A stretch of 45,666 nt of DNA from Acidimicrobiales bacterium (GTDB lineage: Bacteria; Actinomycetota; Acidimicrobiia; Acidimicrobiales; GCA-2861595), in NCBI GenBank assembly GCA_035540915.1, contig DATLFQ010000041.1, positions 1 to 45,666 on the forward strand, in the 5' to 3' direction. How positions within the stretch are numbered: the stretch's first letter is position 1; the number at the start of each line of letters is the position of its first letter. Positions 20,701 through 28,468 of the stretch are shown here, in pieces. The position numbers and the translations under genes were made by a program. Under the pieces are notes generated by a model. That model made no database searches and was not told the DNA's origin. It saw only the letters and a program-made list of their open reading frames with translations.

Positions 20701-21134
20701 GAGTACCCGGCGAGCGCCGCCGGGCCGGCCGCCGGACCGGCCAGCTCGGCGACGGCCCGGGCGTGGCCCAGGCGGTCCCGGCGGATTGCCCACAGGGCGT
20801 CCTTGACCCGCACCAGGCTCGCGTTGAGCGCCTCGAGCCCTGCGGCGTCCGGGCGAAGGCTCCCGCTGTCCAGTGCCGCCTCCAGCTCGGCGACCGACCG
20901 GTCGACGGCCGCCGCCCGGCCGTCCACGGCCGCCGCCAGCGCCGGCTCTGCGATCAGGGCCAGCAGGCCCGGCACGCCGTTCAACAGCCGGGCCGACGCC
21001 TCCAGCGCCTCGGCGGTGGCATCGAGCGATGCGGGGTCGGCGGCGGCGACCGCCTCCAGCCCGGCGAGTACCTCGGCGGCAGGCGGTGGGGGGCGCCGGC
21101 TGGGCCGGCGCACGATGGCGACGATGCCGCACAT
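17733..21134 (-). CDS. Atypical 1133-aa GlmS-like protein (class-II glutamine amidotransferase + two SIS domains + extra modules)
   Basis: Single ORF. MCGIV at residues 1-5, RGRDSAG 160-166, HTRWAS 254-259, NAHP 267-270, SQSGTTTDT 570-578, PSTKAF 624-629, EDKKH 726-730, AKTVTVG 933-939. It sits in the glmS position between glmM and acpS. See findings. Confidence 0.85.
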   Translation of the reverse strand: MCGIVAIVRRPSRRPPPPAAEVLAGLEAVAAADPASLDATAEALEASARLLNGVPGLLALIAEPALAAAVDGRAAAVDRSVAELEAALDSGSLRPDAAGLEALNASLVRVKDALWAIRRDRLGHARAVAELAGPAAGPAALAGYSSVQSALSALDRLEVRGRDSAGIHVLVDGHELDLDEPEVAALLRSRAADRLFGSMAVRCPAGRLAFVYKAAAEVGELGDNVRHLRAAVAGDGLLRRALSAPGARAVVLGHTRWASVGIISQANAHPVNAEEVGADGSHPYVVAAVNGDVDNYAQIVASAGLRIAPEVTTDSKVVPVLVSRAMAGGRGPADAFLDAVAGLEGSVAVAASIGDEPDRLVLALRGSGQALNIGLAEDAFVVASEAYGLVEHTARYVRMDGEATTDGGRPGQVVVLDGAQAGELAGIERRGYDGRPLPVVDAEVQTAEITTRDIDRRGLPHFLLKEIAEAPSSFRKTLRGKLVEADGLVGVRLADGTLPPDVRRRLAAGTIRRVVAVGQGTAAVAAESLAAVYARVAPGSALVVDARLATELSGFGLHDDMADTLVVAVSQSGTTTDTNRTVDLVRSRGAAVVAIVNRRNSELAARADGVLYTSDGRDIEMAVPSTKAFYAQVAAGALLAVALAEEAGDGDRRRASELLVGLRELPAAMEAVLAGRDAIAAAAQQVGPPRRHWAVVGSGPNRIAAAELRIKLSELCYKSIACDATEDKKHIDLSSEPMVLVCAAGLSGPNADDVAKEVAIYRAHKAAPVVIASQADSRFSAALHVIEVPACHPALAFVLSAMAGHLFGYEAALAIDAQARPLREARAAIEAVASSADVAGDPLRSLRRHVEAPAREFLTGLQSGAYDGHLEAATAVRLTELLRYARGVAPLESYELELGKIGSPSALLQDLTDALTRAIDELTRPIDAIKHQAKTVTVGISRSEEALFRAPLVEEVLAAGAGRDRLGYRALRTLAALGPAVAEVTGFTRYRIDGDAGEGPATIAVVDRGGVALTLPSRTERQPALLGTKHRAASEREVTVARGRRDGRELVLVPETKDSQVTGMTLLHVRFHERLAPADARAVLAGYRDRFEALVDAVTETEPGFDEEVLGTVPMVELLSSPVHLLADHWRSR

Positions 21135-21147
21135 GGGCGGACGGAGC

Positions 21148-22512
21148 CTACTTCGGCCCGGGTCGGCGCCCGGCTACCGACCGGGCCGCCCGCTCGATCT
21201 CCTCGACCAACCGGTCGGCCGCCTCGAGGGCCCGCTTCTCGTCGAAGGCCTCGACCATCACCCGCACCACCGGCTCGGTGCCGCTGGGCCGGACCAGCAC
21301 GCGGCCGTCGTCGCCGAGCAGGGCGTCCTCCTCCGCCTCGGCCCACCGCACGGCGGCGACCACCTCGGCCGCCCGAGCCGGCACCGCCACGTTGCGCAGG
21401 ATCTGCGGCACCCGGGTCATGGCCTCTGCGGCCAGCTGCGCCAGGGGACGGCCCGAGCGCACCATGAGGTCGAGCACCTGCAGCCCCGTGAGGAGTCCGT
21501 CGCCCGTCGTGGCCAGGTCGAAGAAGATGAGGTGGCCCGACTGCTCGCCGCCGAGCGAGTACCCGCCCAGGTCGAGCGCCTCCAGGACATGGCGGTCGCC
21601 GACCTCGACCTCCAGGGGCGAGATGGCGGCCGACATCAGCGCCTGCCGCAACCCCAGGTTGGCCATCACGGTGATCACCACGGTGCCCTCGGCCAGCAGG
21701 CCCCGGGCGTGCCGGTCGCGAGCCAGCATGCCCAACAGCTGGTCGCCGTCGACCAGCTCGCCGGCGGCGTCGACGGCCAGGACCCGGTCGGCATCGCCGT
21801 CGAAGGCCAGGCCGACGTCGGCACCGGTCTGCACGACCGCCGCCGCCAACGCCTCGGGATGCGTCGAGCCGCACTTCACGTTGATGTTCGTCCCGTCGGG
21901 CTCGTCGGCGATCACGTGGACCGTCGCACCCAGATCGGAGAACACCGGCGGCGCGACCGCCGAGGCGGCGCCGTTGGCGCAGTCGAGCACCACGCGCAGC
22001 CCGTCCAGCCGCCGGCCCTCCAGAGACCTCGCCAGGTGCTCGAGGTAGGCGGGCACGACCCAGTCGGCGGGCCAGAGCGCGCCGACCGACGCCGTCCCCG
22101 AGCGTGGGCGGTCGCCTTCGAGGAGCGACTGAAGTTCGCGCTCGATGGCCGCCTCGGTCTCGTCGTCGAGCTTGTAGCCGCCGGCCGCGAACAGCTTGAT
22201 CCCGTTGTCCGAGAAAGCGTTGTGCGAGGCCGACACCACGGCCGCCGGGACCTGGCGGGCCCGGGACGCGAAAGCCACCCCGGGGGTGGGCAGGACGCCG
22301 ACGTCGACGACCGGCGCCCCTTCGGCCGCCAACCCGGCCGACAGCGCCGCCTGCAGCATGGGCCCCGACGCCCGGGGGTCACGCCCGACCAGGAACCCGC
22401 GGATGCCCAGCACCCGGGCCACGGCCCGGCCGAGGGCGAGCGCCACCTCGGGCGTCAGGTCGACGTTGGCGACACCGCGGATGCCGTCGGTGCCGAACCG
22501 GGGCACCGCCAC
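21148..22512 (-). CDS. glmM: Phosphoglucosamine mutase
   Basis: 454 aa. FGTDGIRG; phosphoserine loop SASHNAFSDNGIK; FDGDADR; GGEQSGH. Confidence 0.96.
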   Translation of the reverse strand: MAVPRFGTDGIRGVANVDLTPEVALALGRAVARVLGIRGFLVGRDPRASGPMLQAALSAGLAAEGAPVVDVGVLPTPGVAFASRARQVPAAVVSASHNAFSDNGIKLFAAGGYKLDDETEAAIERELQSLLEGDRPRSGTASVGALWPADWVVPAYLEHLARSLEGRRLDGLRVVLDCANGAASAVAPPVFSDLGATVHVIADEPDGTNINVKCGSTHPEALAAAVVQTGADVGLAFDGDADRVLAVDAAGELVDGDQLLGMLARDRHARGLLAEGTVVITVMANLGLRQALMSAAISPLEVEVGDRHVLEALDLGGYSLGGEQSGHLIFFDLATTGDGLLTGLQVLDLMVRSGRPLAQLAAEAMTRVPQILRNVAVPARAAEVVAAVRWAEAEEDALLGDDGRVLVRPSGTEPVVRVMVEAFDEKRALEAADRLVEEIERAARSVAGRRPGPK

Positions 22513-22516
22513 CGGC

Positions 22517-22909
22517 TCAGCGCTTGGAGTACTGGGGCGCCTTGCGGGCCTTCTTCAGGCCGTACTTCTTGCTCTCCTTCTCGCGGGCGTCGCGGGTGAG
22601 CAGGCCGGCCCGCTTGAGGGGCGTGCGCTGCTCGGGGTCGAGCTCGGCCAGCGCCCGGGCCAGCCCGAGGCGCAGGGCGCCCGCCTGGCCCGAGATGCCG
22701 CCCCCGTCGAGCGTGGCGTCCACGTCGTAGCCCTCGGCCGTGTTGGTGAGCCGCAGCGGCTCGGTGGCCAGCATCCGCTGGGTCGCCGAGGGGAAGTAGG
22801 CGTCGATCGGCCGGCGGTTGATGGTGACCGTGCCGGTGCCGGGGCGGACCCGGACGCGGGCAACGGCCCGCTTGCGGCGGCCGGTGGACTGCTGGAGCGG
22901 CTTGGGCAT
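22517..22909 (-). CDS. rpsI: 30S ribosomal protein S9
   Basis: 130 aa. [10 protein letters not shown]...[19 protein letters not shown]...[12 protein letters not shown]. Confidence 0.97.
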   Translation of the reverse strand: MPKPLQQSTGRRKRAVARVRVRPGTGTVTINRRPIDAYFPSATQRMLATEPLRLTNTAEGYDVDATLDGGGISGQAGALRLGLARALAELDPEQRTPLKRAGLLTRDAREKESKKYGLKKARKAPQYSKR

Positions 22910-22934
22910 GGTGTCTTCGTTCTTCCGGGGACCG

Positions 22935-23384
22935 CTACGACGGCCGCTGGGCGGAGGGGAGGGCGAGGGGCTGGGGTCGCTGCGCCGAGTGGGGGTGCTC
23001 CGGACCGGCGTAGACCTTCAGCTTCTTGAGCATCTGGCGCCCGAGCGTGCCCCGGGGCAGCATGCCCCGCACCGCTCTGCGCACCGCCTCCTCGGGCCTG
23101 GTGGCCAGCAGGTCGGAGTAGGCCTCACGGCGCAAGCCTCCCGGGTAGCCCGAGTGGCGGTAGGCGAACTTGGTGGACGCCTTGTCGGCGGTCATCACGA
23201 CCTTGGCGGCGTTGACGACGACCACGTGGTCGCCGGTGTCCACGTGGGGGGCGAAGATCGGCTTGTGCTTGCCCCGCAGCACCCGGGCCACCTCCGAGGC
23301 CAGCCGGCCGAGCACCATGGTGTCGGCGTCGACGACGTGCCAGACGCGGCGGATGTCGGCGGGCTTCGGGGAGAACGTGCGCAC
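22935..23384 (-). CDS. rplM: 50S ribosomal protein L13
   Basis: 149 aa. W(H)[46 protein letters not shown] start. Confidence 0.97.
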   Translation of the reverse strand: MRTFSPKPADIRRVWHVVDADTMVLGRLASEVARVLRGKHKPIFAPHVDTGDHVVVVNAAKVVMTADKASTKFAYRHSGYPGGLRREAYSDLLATRPEEAVRRAVRGMLPRGTLGRQMLKKLKVYAGPEHPHSAQRPQPLALPSAQRPS

Positions 23385-23426
23385 GGGGGAACCTTCGTCT
23401 CGGCGGACCGCGCCGGAGCGCGGCTG

Positions 23427-24206
23427 TCAAGGATACGGCGTGGCGACAGGCCCGGCAACCGGGGCGTCGCCGGCGTAGCTCACCGACCACAGGCACAGGC
23501 CGTGGGGCGGTGCCGGGCCGGGCACGCCGGCCCGGTCGCGCGCACGGACGATCGACGCCACCTCCCCGGCCCGCACCCGCCCCCGGCCGACGGCCACCAG
23601 CAGCCCGACGACCGAACGCACCATCTGATGGCAGAACGCGGAGGCCTCGATCTCGAACCGCAGGAGGCCAGGTTCCACCTCGGCCCAGCCGGCCCGCCGG
23701 ACCACCCGCACCAGCGAGGGGTCGGGGCCGGGCGGCCGCCGGCAGAACGACGACCAGTCGTGCTCGCCGATCAGCGGGTCGCAGGCCAGCTGCATGGAGC
23801 CCAGGTCGAGCGGGTGCTCGACGTGCCAGGTGGTGGCGGCCAGGAACGGGTCGGGGACCGGCCGGTTGAGGACGCCGTAGCGGTAGAGGCGACCGGTCGC
23901 CGAGCGGCGGGCGTCGAAACCGGGCGCAACCGTCTCGGCGGCCCGCACGACGACGGACGGGCGCAGCATGGCGTTGACCGACCGCTGCAGGCCGTCCAGG
24001 TCGACCTCGGCGGCCGGCGTGTCGAAGTGGACCACCTGGCCCCAGGCGTGGACGCCCGTGTCGGTCCGCCCGGCGCACACCAGGCGCACGGGGTGGCCGA
24101 GGACCCGCCCGACCGCCTCGGCCAGGGTGCCCCCGACCGTGCGCACGCCGGCGTTCGCGGCGAAGCCATGGAACCCGCGCCCGTCGTACGCCACGAGCAG
24201 TCGCAC
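23427..24206 (-). CDS. truA: tRNA pseudouridine(38-40) synthase TruA
   Basis: 259 aa. VAYDGRGFHGFA; catalytic GRTDTGVHA; RLYRY; FCHQMVRSVVG. Confidence 0.94.
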   Translation of the reverse strand: MRLLVAYDGRGFHGFAANAGVRTVGGTLAEAVGRVLGHPVRLVCAGRTDTGVHAWGQVVHFDTPAAEVDLDGLQRSVNAMLRPSVVVRAAETVAPGFDARRSATGRLYRYGVLNRPVPDPFLAATTWHVEHPLDLGSMQLACDPLIGEHDWSSFCRRPPGPDPSLVRVVRRAGWAEVEPGLLRFEIEASAFCHQMVRSVVGLLVAVGRGRVRAGEVASIVRARDRAGVPGPAPPHGLCLWSVSYAGDAPVAGPVATPYP

Positions 24207-24274
24207 CCGGGACCCTCCGGCGGGGGGCCCGGCCCCAGAAGCCTCGGGCTCCTGGTCGAACAGCGTCAGCTGTC

Positions 24275-24628
24275 CTACACCAGTTCGATGCGGGCCATCG
24301 GCGCGTTGTCGCCGTGGCGGGGGCCCAGCTTCAGGATGCGGGTGTAGCCGCCGGACCGCTCGGAGTACCGGGGGCCGATCTCGTCGAAGAGCTTGTGGGC
24401 CATGTCCTTGTCCCGGAGGAACGCCACCACCTGGCGGTGGCGGTGCACGCCGCCCTTCTTGGCCTTGGTGATGACCTTCTCCACCACCGGGCGGAGCGCC
24501 TTGGCCTTGGCCTCGGTCGTGACCATGCCCTCGGCGGCGATGAGCGAGGCCACCAGGTTGCCCATCATGGCCTTCTGATGCGAGGCGCTCCCGCCGAAGC
24601 GGGCGCCCTTCTTCGGCGTGGCCGGCAT
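24275..24628 (-). CDS. rplQ: 50S ribosomal protein L17
   Basis: 117 aa. [15 protein letters not shown]...[21 protein letters not shown]...[20 protein letters not shown]. Confidence 0.97.
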   Translation of the reverse strand: MPATPKKGARFGGSASHQKAMMGNLVASLIAAEGMVTTEAKAKALRPVVEKVITKAKKGGVHRHRQVVAFLRDKDMAHKLFDEIGPRYSERSGGYTRILKLGPRHGDNAPMARIELV

Positions 24629-24629
24629 G

Positions 24630-25571
24630 TCAGATCCCCTTGGTCCGCAGGCTGAGCCCGCGCTCGTCGAGCTTCAGCAGGACCTCGTCGAGCGACTTCT
24701 GGCCGAAGTTGGTGATGGCCAGCAGGTCGTCGATGGTCTTGTCGACCAGCTCGCCGATCGTGTTGACCTGCGCCCGCTTCAAGCAGTTGCGGGGCCGCTC
24801 GGACAGGTCCAGGTCCTCGATGGGCAGGTCCAGGTCGGGCGAGCCGCTGGTGGTGGCGCTGACGTCGCCCAGCTCCAGGCCCTGCGGAGCCTCGCTCATG
24901 TCGGCCACCAGGCCGACCAGCGACCGCAAGGTGTCGCCGGCCGAGGCCAGCGCCTCGCGCGGCGAGATGGACCCGTCGGTCTCGATGTCCATGACCAGGC
25001 GGTCGTAGTTGGTGGACATCTCGACCCGGGTCGGCTCGACCGTGAAGGACACCCGGCGAACAGGCGAGAAGATGGAGTCGATTGGCAGCACGCCGATGGT
25101 CGTGGACTTCTTGTTGCGGTCGGCCGAGACGTAGCCCCGGCCCCGCTCGACGGTGAGGTCGACGGCCAGGCGGCCCTTGCCGTTCAGAGTGGCGATGTGC
25201 AGCTCGGGGTTGAGCACCTCGACGTCGTTGGACGGCTGGATGTCACGGGCCGTCACCGCTCCCGGGCCCCGGGCGTCGATGCGCAAAACGACGGACTCGT
25301 CGGACTGGCTCGACAGCACCAGGTCCTTGAGGTTCAAGATGAGGTCGGTCACGTCCTCCTTGACCCCGGGAAGGGTGGTGAACTCGTGGAGGGCGTCGTC
25401 GAAGCGCACCTGGGTGATGGCGGCGCCGGGGATCGACGAAAGCAGGACCCGGCGCAGCGAATTGCCCAGGGTGTGGCCGAACCCCGGCTCGAGGGGGCCG
25501 ATGGCGAACCGCTGGCGGTGGCCGTCGGCTTCGTCGACGGGTTCGACGCTGGGGCGCTGGATAATCAGCAT
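24630..25571 (-). CDS. rpoA: DNA-directed RNA polymerase subunit alpha
   Basis: This is the C-terminal 313 aa of ORF 24630..25730, starting [14 protein letters not shown] 25571 is preceded by [28 protein letters not shown]; C-terminal domain [23 protein letters not shown]. Confidence 0.96.
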   Translation of the reverse strand: MLIIQRPSVEPVDEADGHRQRFAIGPLEPGFGHTLGNSLRRVLLSSIPGAAITQVRFDDALHEFTTLPGVKEDVTDLILNLKDLVLSSQSDESVVLRIDARGPGAVTARDIQPSNDVEVLNPELHIATLNGKGRLAVDLTVERGRGYVSADRNKKSTTIGVLPIDSIFSPVRRVSFTVEPTRVEMSTNYDRLVMDIETDGSISPREALASAGDTLRSLVGLVADMSEAPQGLELGDVSATTSGSPDLDLPIEDLDLSERPRNCLKRAQVNTIGELVDKTIDDLLAITNFGQKSLDEVLLKLDERGLSLRTKGI

Positions 25572-25629
25572 GCAACTCCTTCTGGCGGGAGGCAGCCCCT
25601 CCGCGCCACGGGTCCTTACGGAAATAGTG

Positions 25630-26256
25630 CTACTTGGAGTACAGCTCGACGATGAGCTGCTCGCGCACCGGCACGTCGATGTGCTCGCGGCGCGGGAGGT
25701 CCCGCACGGTGACCTGGTAGCCCTCGTCACCGGCCTCCAGCCAGGGCGGCACCTGGCGGTCCAACGTGTCGACGTTGTGGCGGACGACGATGAGCGAGCG
25801 CGAACGCTCCTTGAGCGCCACCACCTGGCCGGGTCGCACCCGGTAGCTGGGGATGTCGACCCGCTTGCCGTTGACCGTGACGTGGCCGTGGCGCACCAGC
25901 TGGCGGGCCTGGTTGCGGCTGGCGCCCCAGCCGGCCCGGTAGACCACGTTGTCCAGCCGCTGCTCGAGCATGCGCAGGAGGTTCTCGCCGGTGATTCCCT
26001 GCTGGCGGTTGGCCTCCTCGTAGAGGCGGGCGAACTGGGCCTCCAGCACGCCGTAGATGCGCCGGGCCTTCTGCTTCTCGCGCAGCTGGTTCAGGTACTC
26101 CGAGCCCTGGCGCATGCGGTCCCGACCGTGCTCGCCGGGCGGGTAGGGCCGGCGCTCGATCGGGCACTTCATCGAGTCGCACTTGGGGCCCTTGAGAAAC
26201 AGCTTCATCTTCTCCCGGCGGCACAGGCGGCAGACGGGGCCGGTGTAGCGGGCCAT
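25630..26256 (-). CDS. rpsD: 30S ribosomal protein S4
   Basis: 208 aa. [26 protein letters not shown]...; S4 domain RLDNVVYRAGW. Confidence 0.97.
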   Translation of the reverse strand: MARYTGPVCRLCRREKMKLFLKGPKCDSMKCPIERRPYPPGEHGRDRMRQGSEYLNQLREKQKARRIYGVLEAQFARLYEEANRQQGITGENLLRMLEQRLDNVVYRAGWGASRNQARQLVRHGHVTVNGKRVDIPSYRVRPGQVVALKERSRSLIVVRHNVDTLDRQVPPWLEAGDEGYQVTVRDLPRREHIDVPVREQLIVELYSK

Positions 26257-26653
26257 CAGACGCGCCGCCGCTTCTTGGGGCGGCAGCCGTTGTGCGGTAC
26301 CGGGGTGACGTCCTTGATGCCCGAGACCTCCAGGCCGGTGTTCTGCAGGGACCGGATGGCCGTCTCCCGGCCCGAGCCCGGGCCCTTCACGAGGACGTCG
26401 ACCCGGCGCATGCCGTGCTCCATGGCCCGCCGGGCGCAGGCCTCGGCGGCCAGCTGGGCAGCGAAGGGCGTGGACTTGCGGGACCCCTTGAAGCCGACGT
26501 TGCCGGCCGACGCCCAGGCGATGACGTTGCCCTCCATGTCGGAGATGGACACGATCGTGTTGTTGAACGAGCTCTTGATGTGGGCCACACCGATCGTGAC
26601 GTTCTTGCGCTCTTTGCGGCGGGGCCGCCGTCCTCCGGGCTTGGGCTTGGCCA

Positions 26654-26654
<1 letters not shown>
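26256..26654 (-). CDS. rpsK: 30S ribosomal protein S11
   Basis: This is the C-terminal 132 aa of ORF 26256..27128. [39 protein letters not shown]...[13 protein letters not shown] 26654 shares one nucleotide with the rpsM stop (TAATG). Confidence 0.96.
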
Positions 26655-27031
<377 letters not shown>

Positions 27032-27052
27032 GGTCTGTCGTTCCTCCCTGTC

Positions 27053-27166
27053 CTAGCCCTGCCGCTGCTTGTGGCGGGGGTTGGTGCAGATGACCATGAC
27101 GCGCCCGTGCCGGCGGATCACCTTGCACTTCTCACACATCGTCTTGACGCTGGGCCGGACCTTCAC
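27053..27166 (-). CDS. rpmJ: 50S ribosomal protein L36 (zinc-binding form)
   Basis: This is the last 37 aa of ORF 27053..27841. (V)[39 protein letters not shown] at 27166. Confidence 0.93.
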   Translation of the reverse strand: MKVRPSVKTMCEKCKVIRRHGRVMVICTNPRHKQRQG

Positions 27167-27180
27167 TGGCGAACCTTCGC

Positions 27181-27417
27181 TTACTTGTACCGGTAGGTGA
27201 TGCGACCCCGGCTGAGGTCGTAGGGCGTGATCTCGACCTGCACCCGGTCCCCGGGCAGGATGCGGATACGGTGCATGCGCATCTTCCCGGAGCTGTGGGC
27301 CAGGACCTCGTGCTTGGGGCCGCGATCGTTGTCCAACTCGACGCGGAACACTGCGTTCGGGAGCGACTCGACGACGGTCCCCTCGAGGAGGATCGCATCT
27401 TCCTTGGGTTTGGGCAG
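27181..27417 (-). CDS. infA: Translation initiation factor IF-1, probable CTG start
   Basis: This is the last 78 aa of ORF 27181..27573. (L)[77 protein letters not shown]. Gene identity is secure. The start assignment (CTG 27417, with GGAG 6 nt upstream) is inferred because no ATG, GTG or TTG exists in frame nearby. Confidence 0.85.
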   Translation of the reverse strand: MPKPKEDAILLEGTVVESLPNAVFRVELDNDRGPKHEVLAHSSGKMRMHRIRILPGDRVQVEITPYDLSRGRITYRYK

Positions 27418-27548
27418 GTGGACTCCTGGCTGGCGAAAACGCTGATGCTGAGGCCGCGCACTTCTCGCGCCAAGGCGCGCTGGGCCGACGAAAGATCCTA
27501 GCGCGCCGGCGCCAGCAGCGAAACCCGCAGCCGGGAAGACTCGGGGGC

Positions 27549-28283
27549 GTGCCGCCCCGACCGCCCCGACCACTCCGGCGCCGCCTGGCCGACGAGCTGG
27601 CCCGCCGCCGGCCGGAGCTGGACGACGCGGCCGGCGCCGTCGCCGCCGGGCGGGTCATGGTCGACGGCCGCTTCGTCGACAACCCGGCCGCCCTGGTCCG
27701 CCGCGACGCCGCCATCGTGGTCCGGGACCCCGACGCCCCGCTTCGCGGCGAGGCCAAGCTCGCCGCCGCGCTGGCCCGCTTCGAGGTCACCGTGGGTGGC
27801 CGGGTGGCGCTGGACGCCGGCGCAGCGGCCGGCGGGTTCACCCGGGTGCTGCTGGCCGCCGGCGCCCGGCTCGTCTACGCGGTGGACGCCGGTCACGGCC
27901 AGCTGCTCGGCTCCCTGCACCAGCATCCCCGGGTCGTCAACCTGGAGGGCACCAACCTCGGCCAGTTGAGCACCGCGCTCGTCCCCGATCCGGTCGAGGT
28001 GGTGACCCTCGACCTGTCCTACCTGGCGTTGGCCGAAGCGGTCGGCCAGTTGGGCGACCGCGTGGCGGTGGCACCGGGCGCCGACCTGGTGGCGCTGGTC
28101 AAGCCCATGTTCGAGCTGCGCCTGCCGGCGCCGCCGACCGATCCGGCCGCGGTCGCGGAAGCGGTGCGCCGTGCCGCCGCCGGCGTGGCAGCAGCTGGCT
28201 GGGCGGTGCGGGCGACGATGCCGTCACCGGTGCCCGGTCGGCGGGGCGCCGTCGAAGCGCTGCTCCACGCCCGGCGGGGATGA
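27549..28283 (+). CDS. tlyA: TlyA family rRNA (cytidine-2'-O)-methyltransferase
   Basis: 244 aa with GTG start. S4-like N-terminus: RLADELARR...[18 protein letters not shown]. FtsJ-type SAM fold: [48 protein letters not shown]. Confidence 0.8.
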   Translation: MPPRPPRPLRRRLADELARRRPELDDAAGAVAAGRVMVDGRFVDNPAALVRRDAAIVVRDPDAPLRGEAKLAAALARFEVTVGGRVALDAGAAAGGFTRVLLAAGARLVYAVDAGHGQLLGSLHQHPRVVNLEGTNLGQLSTALVPDPVEVVTLDLSYLALAEAVGQLGDRVAVAPGADLVALVKPMFELRLPAPPTDPAAVAEAVRRAAAGVAAAGWAVRATMPSPVPGRRGAVEALLHARRG

Positions 28284-28319
28284 GACCGACGAACCGCGTG
28301 GGGCGATGGGCGCGGTCTC
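28282..28319 (+). terminator. Imperfect hairpin starting in the tlyA stop codon
   Basis: GAGACCG (28282..28288) pairs with CGGTCTC (28313..28319). The loop is long and there is no U-tract. Confidence 0.2.
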
Positions 28320-28410
28320 CGGTCGACGGGCGCCTGACGCAACAGGCGAGCTTCGACGCTGACCTCGTCCGCCCCCGAATGGGTCGGTGCCCCGGCGGCC
28401 TGCGCCCCTA

Positions 28411-28430
28411 CCGGTCGTACTCCCGACCGG
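28411..28430. terminator. Hairpin CCGGTCG-TACTCC-CGACCGG in the convergent tlyA/map spacer
   Basis: A 7-bp perfect stem with a 6-nt loop lies 39 nt past the map stop. No U-tract, as is common in high-GC genomes. Confidence 0.3.
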
Positions 28431-28468
28431 TCCGACAGGAGCGTGCCGACGGACGTTCGCCACCGGCA

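Noticed and set aside
17733-21134. Giant GlmS-like ORF as an artefactual fusion of glmS with a downstream gene
   Set aside because: The extra sequence is not only C-terminal. Large inserts sit inside the amidotransferase domain and before the isomerase tail. A simple lost stop codon cannot explain the length. An assembly error still cannot be excluded without reads.
17748-22599. 940-aa (17748..20570) and 782-aa (20251..22599) plus-strand ORFs
   Set aside because: They are antisense to the GlmS-like gene and glmM. There are no motifs, and the opposite strand carries unmistakable enzyme signatures.
27466-27512. GC-rich palindromes CGCGCC-AA-GGCGCG (27466..27479) and GCGCCGGCGC (27503..27512) as operators in the infA/tlyA divergent region
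   Set aside because: Short GC-only palindromes are expected by chance in DNA of about 72% GC. There is no supporting repeat structure.
27418-27573. Using the ORF-track start (27573) for infA
   Set aside because: It would add about 52 Ala/Gly/Arg-rich residues with no IF-1 counterpart and would overlap the divergent tlyA start. I retained it only as the alternative to the CTG-start hypothesis.
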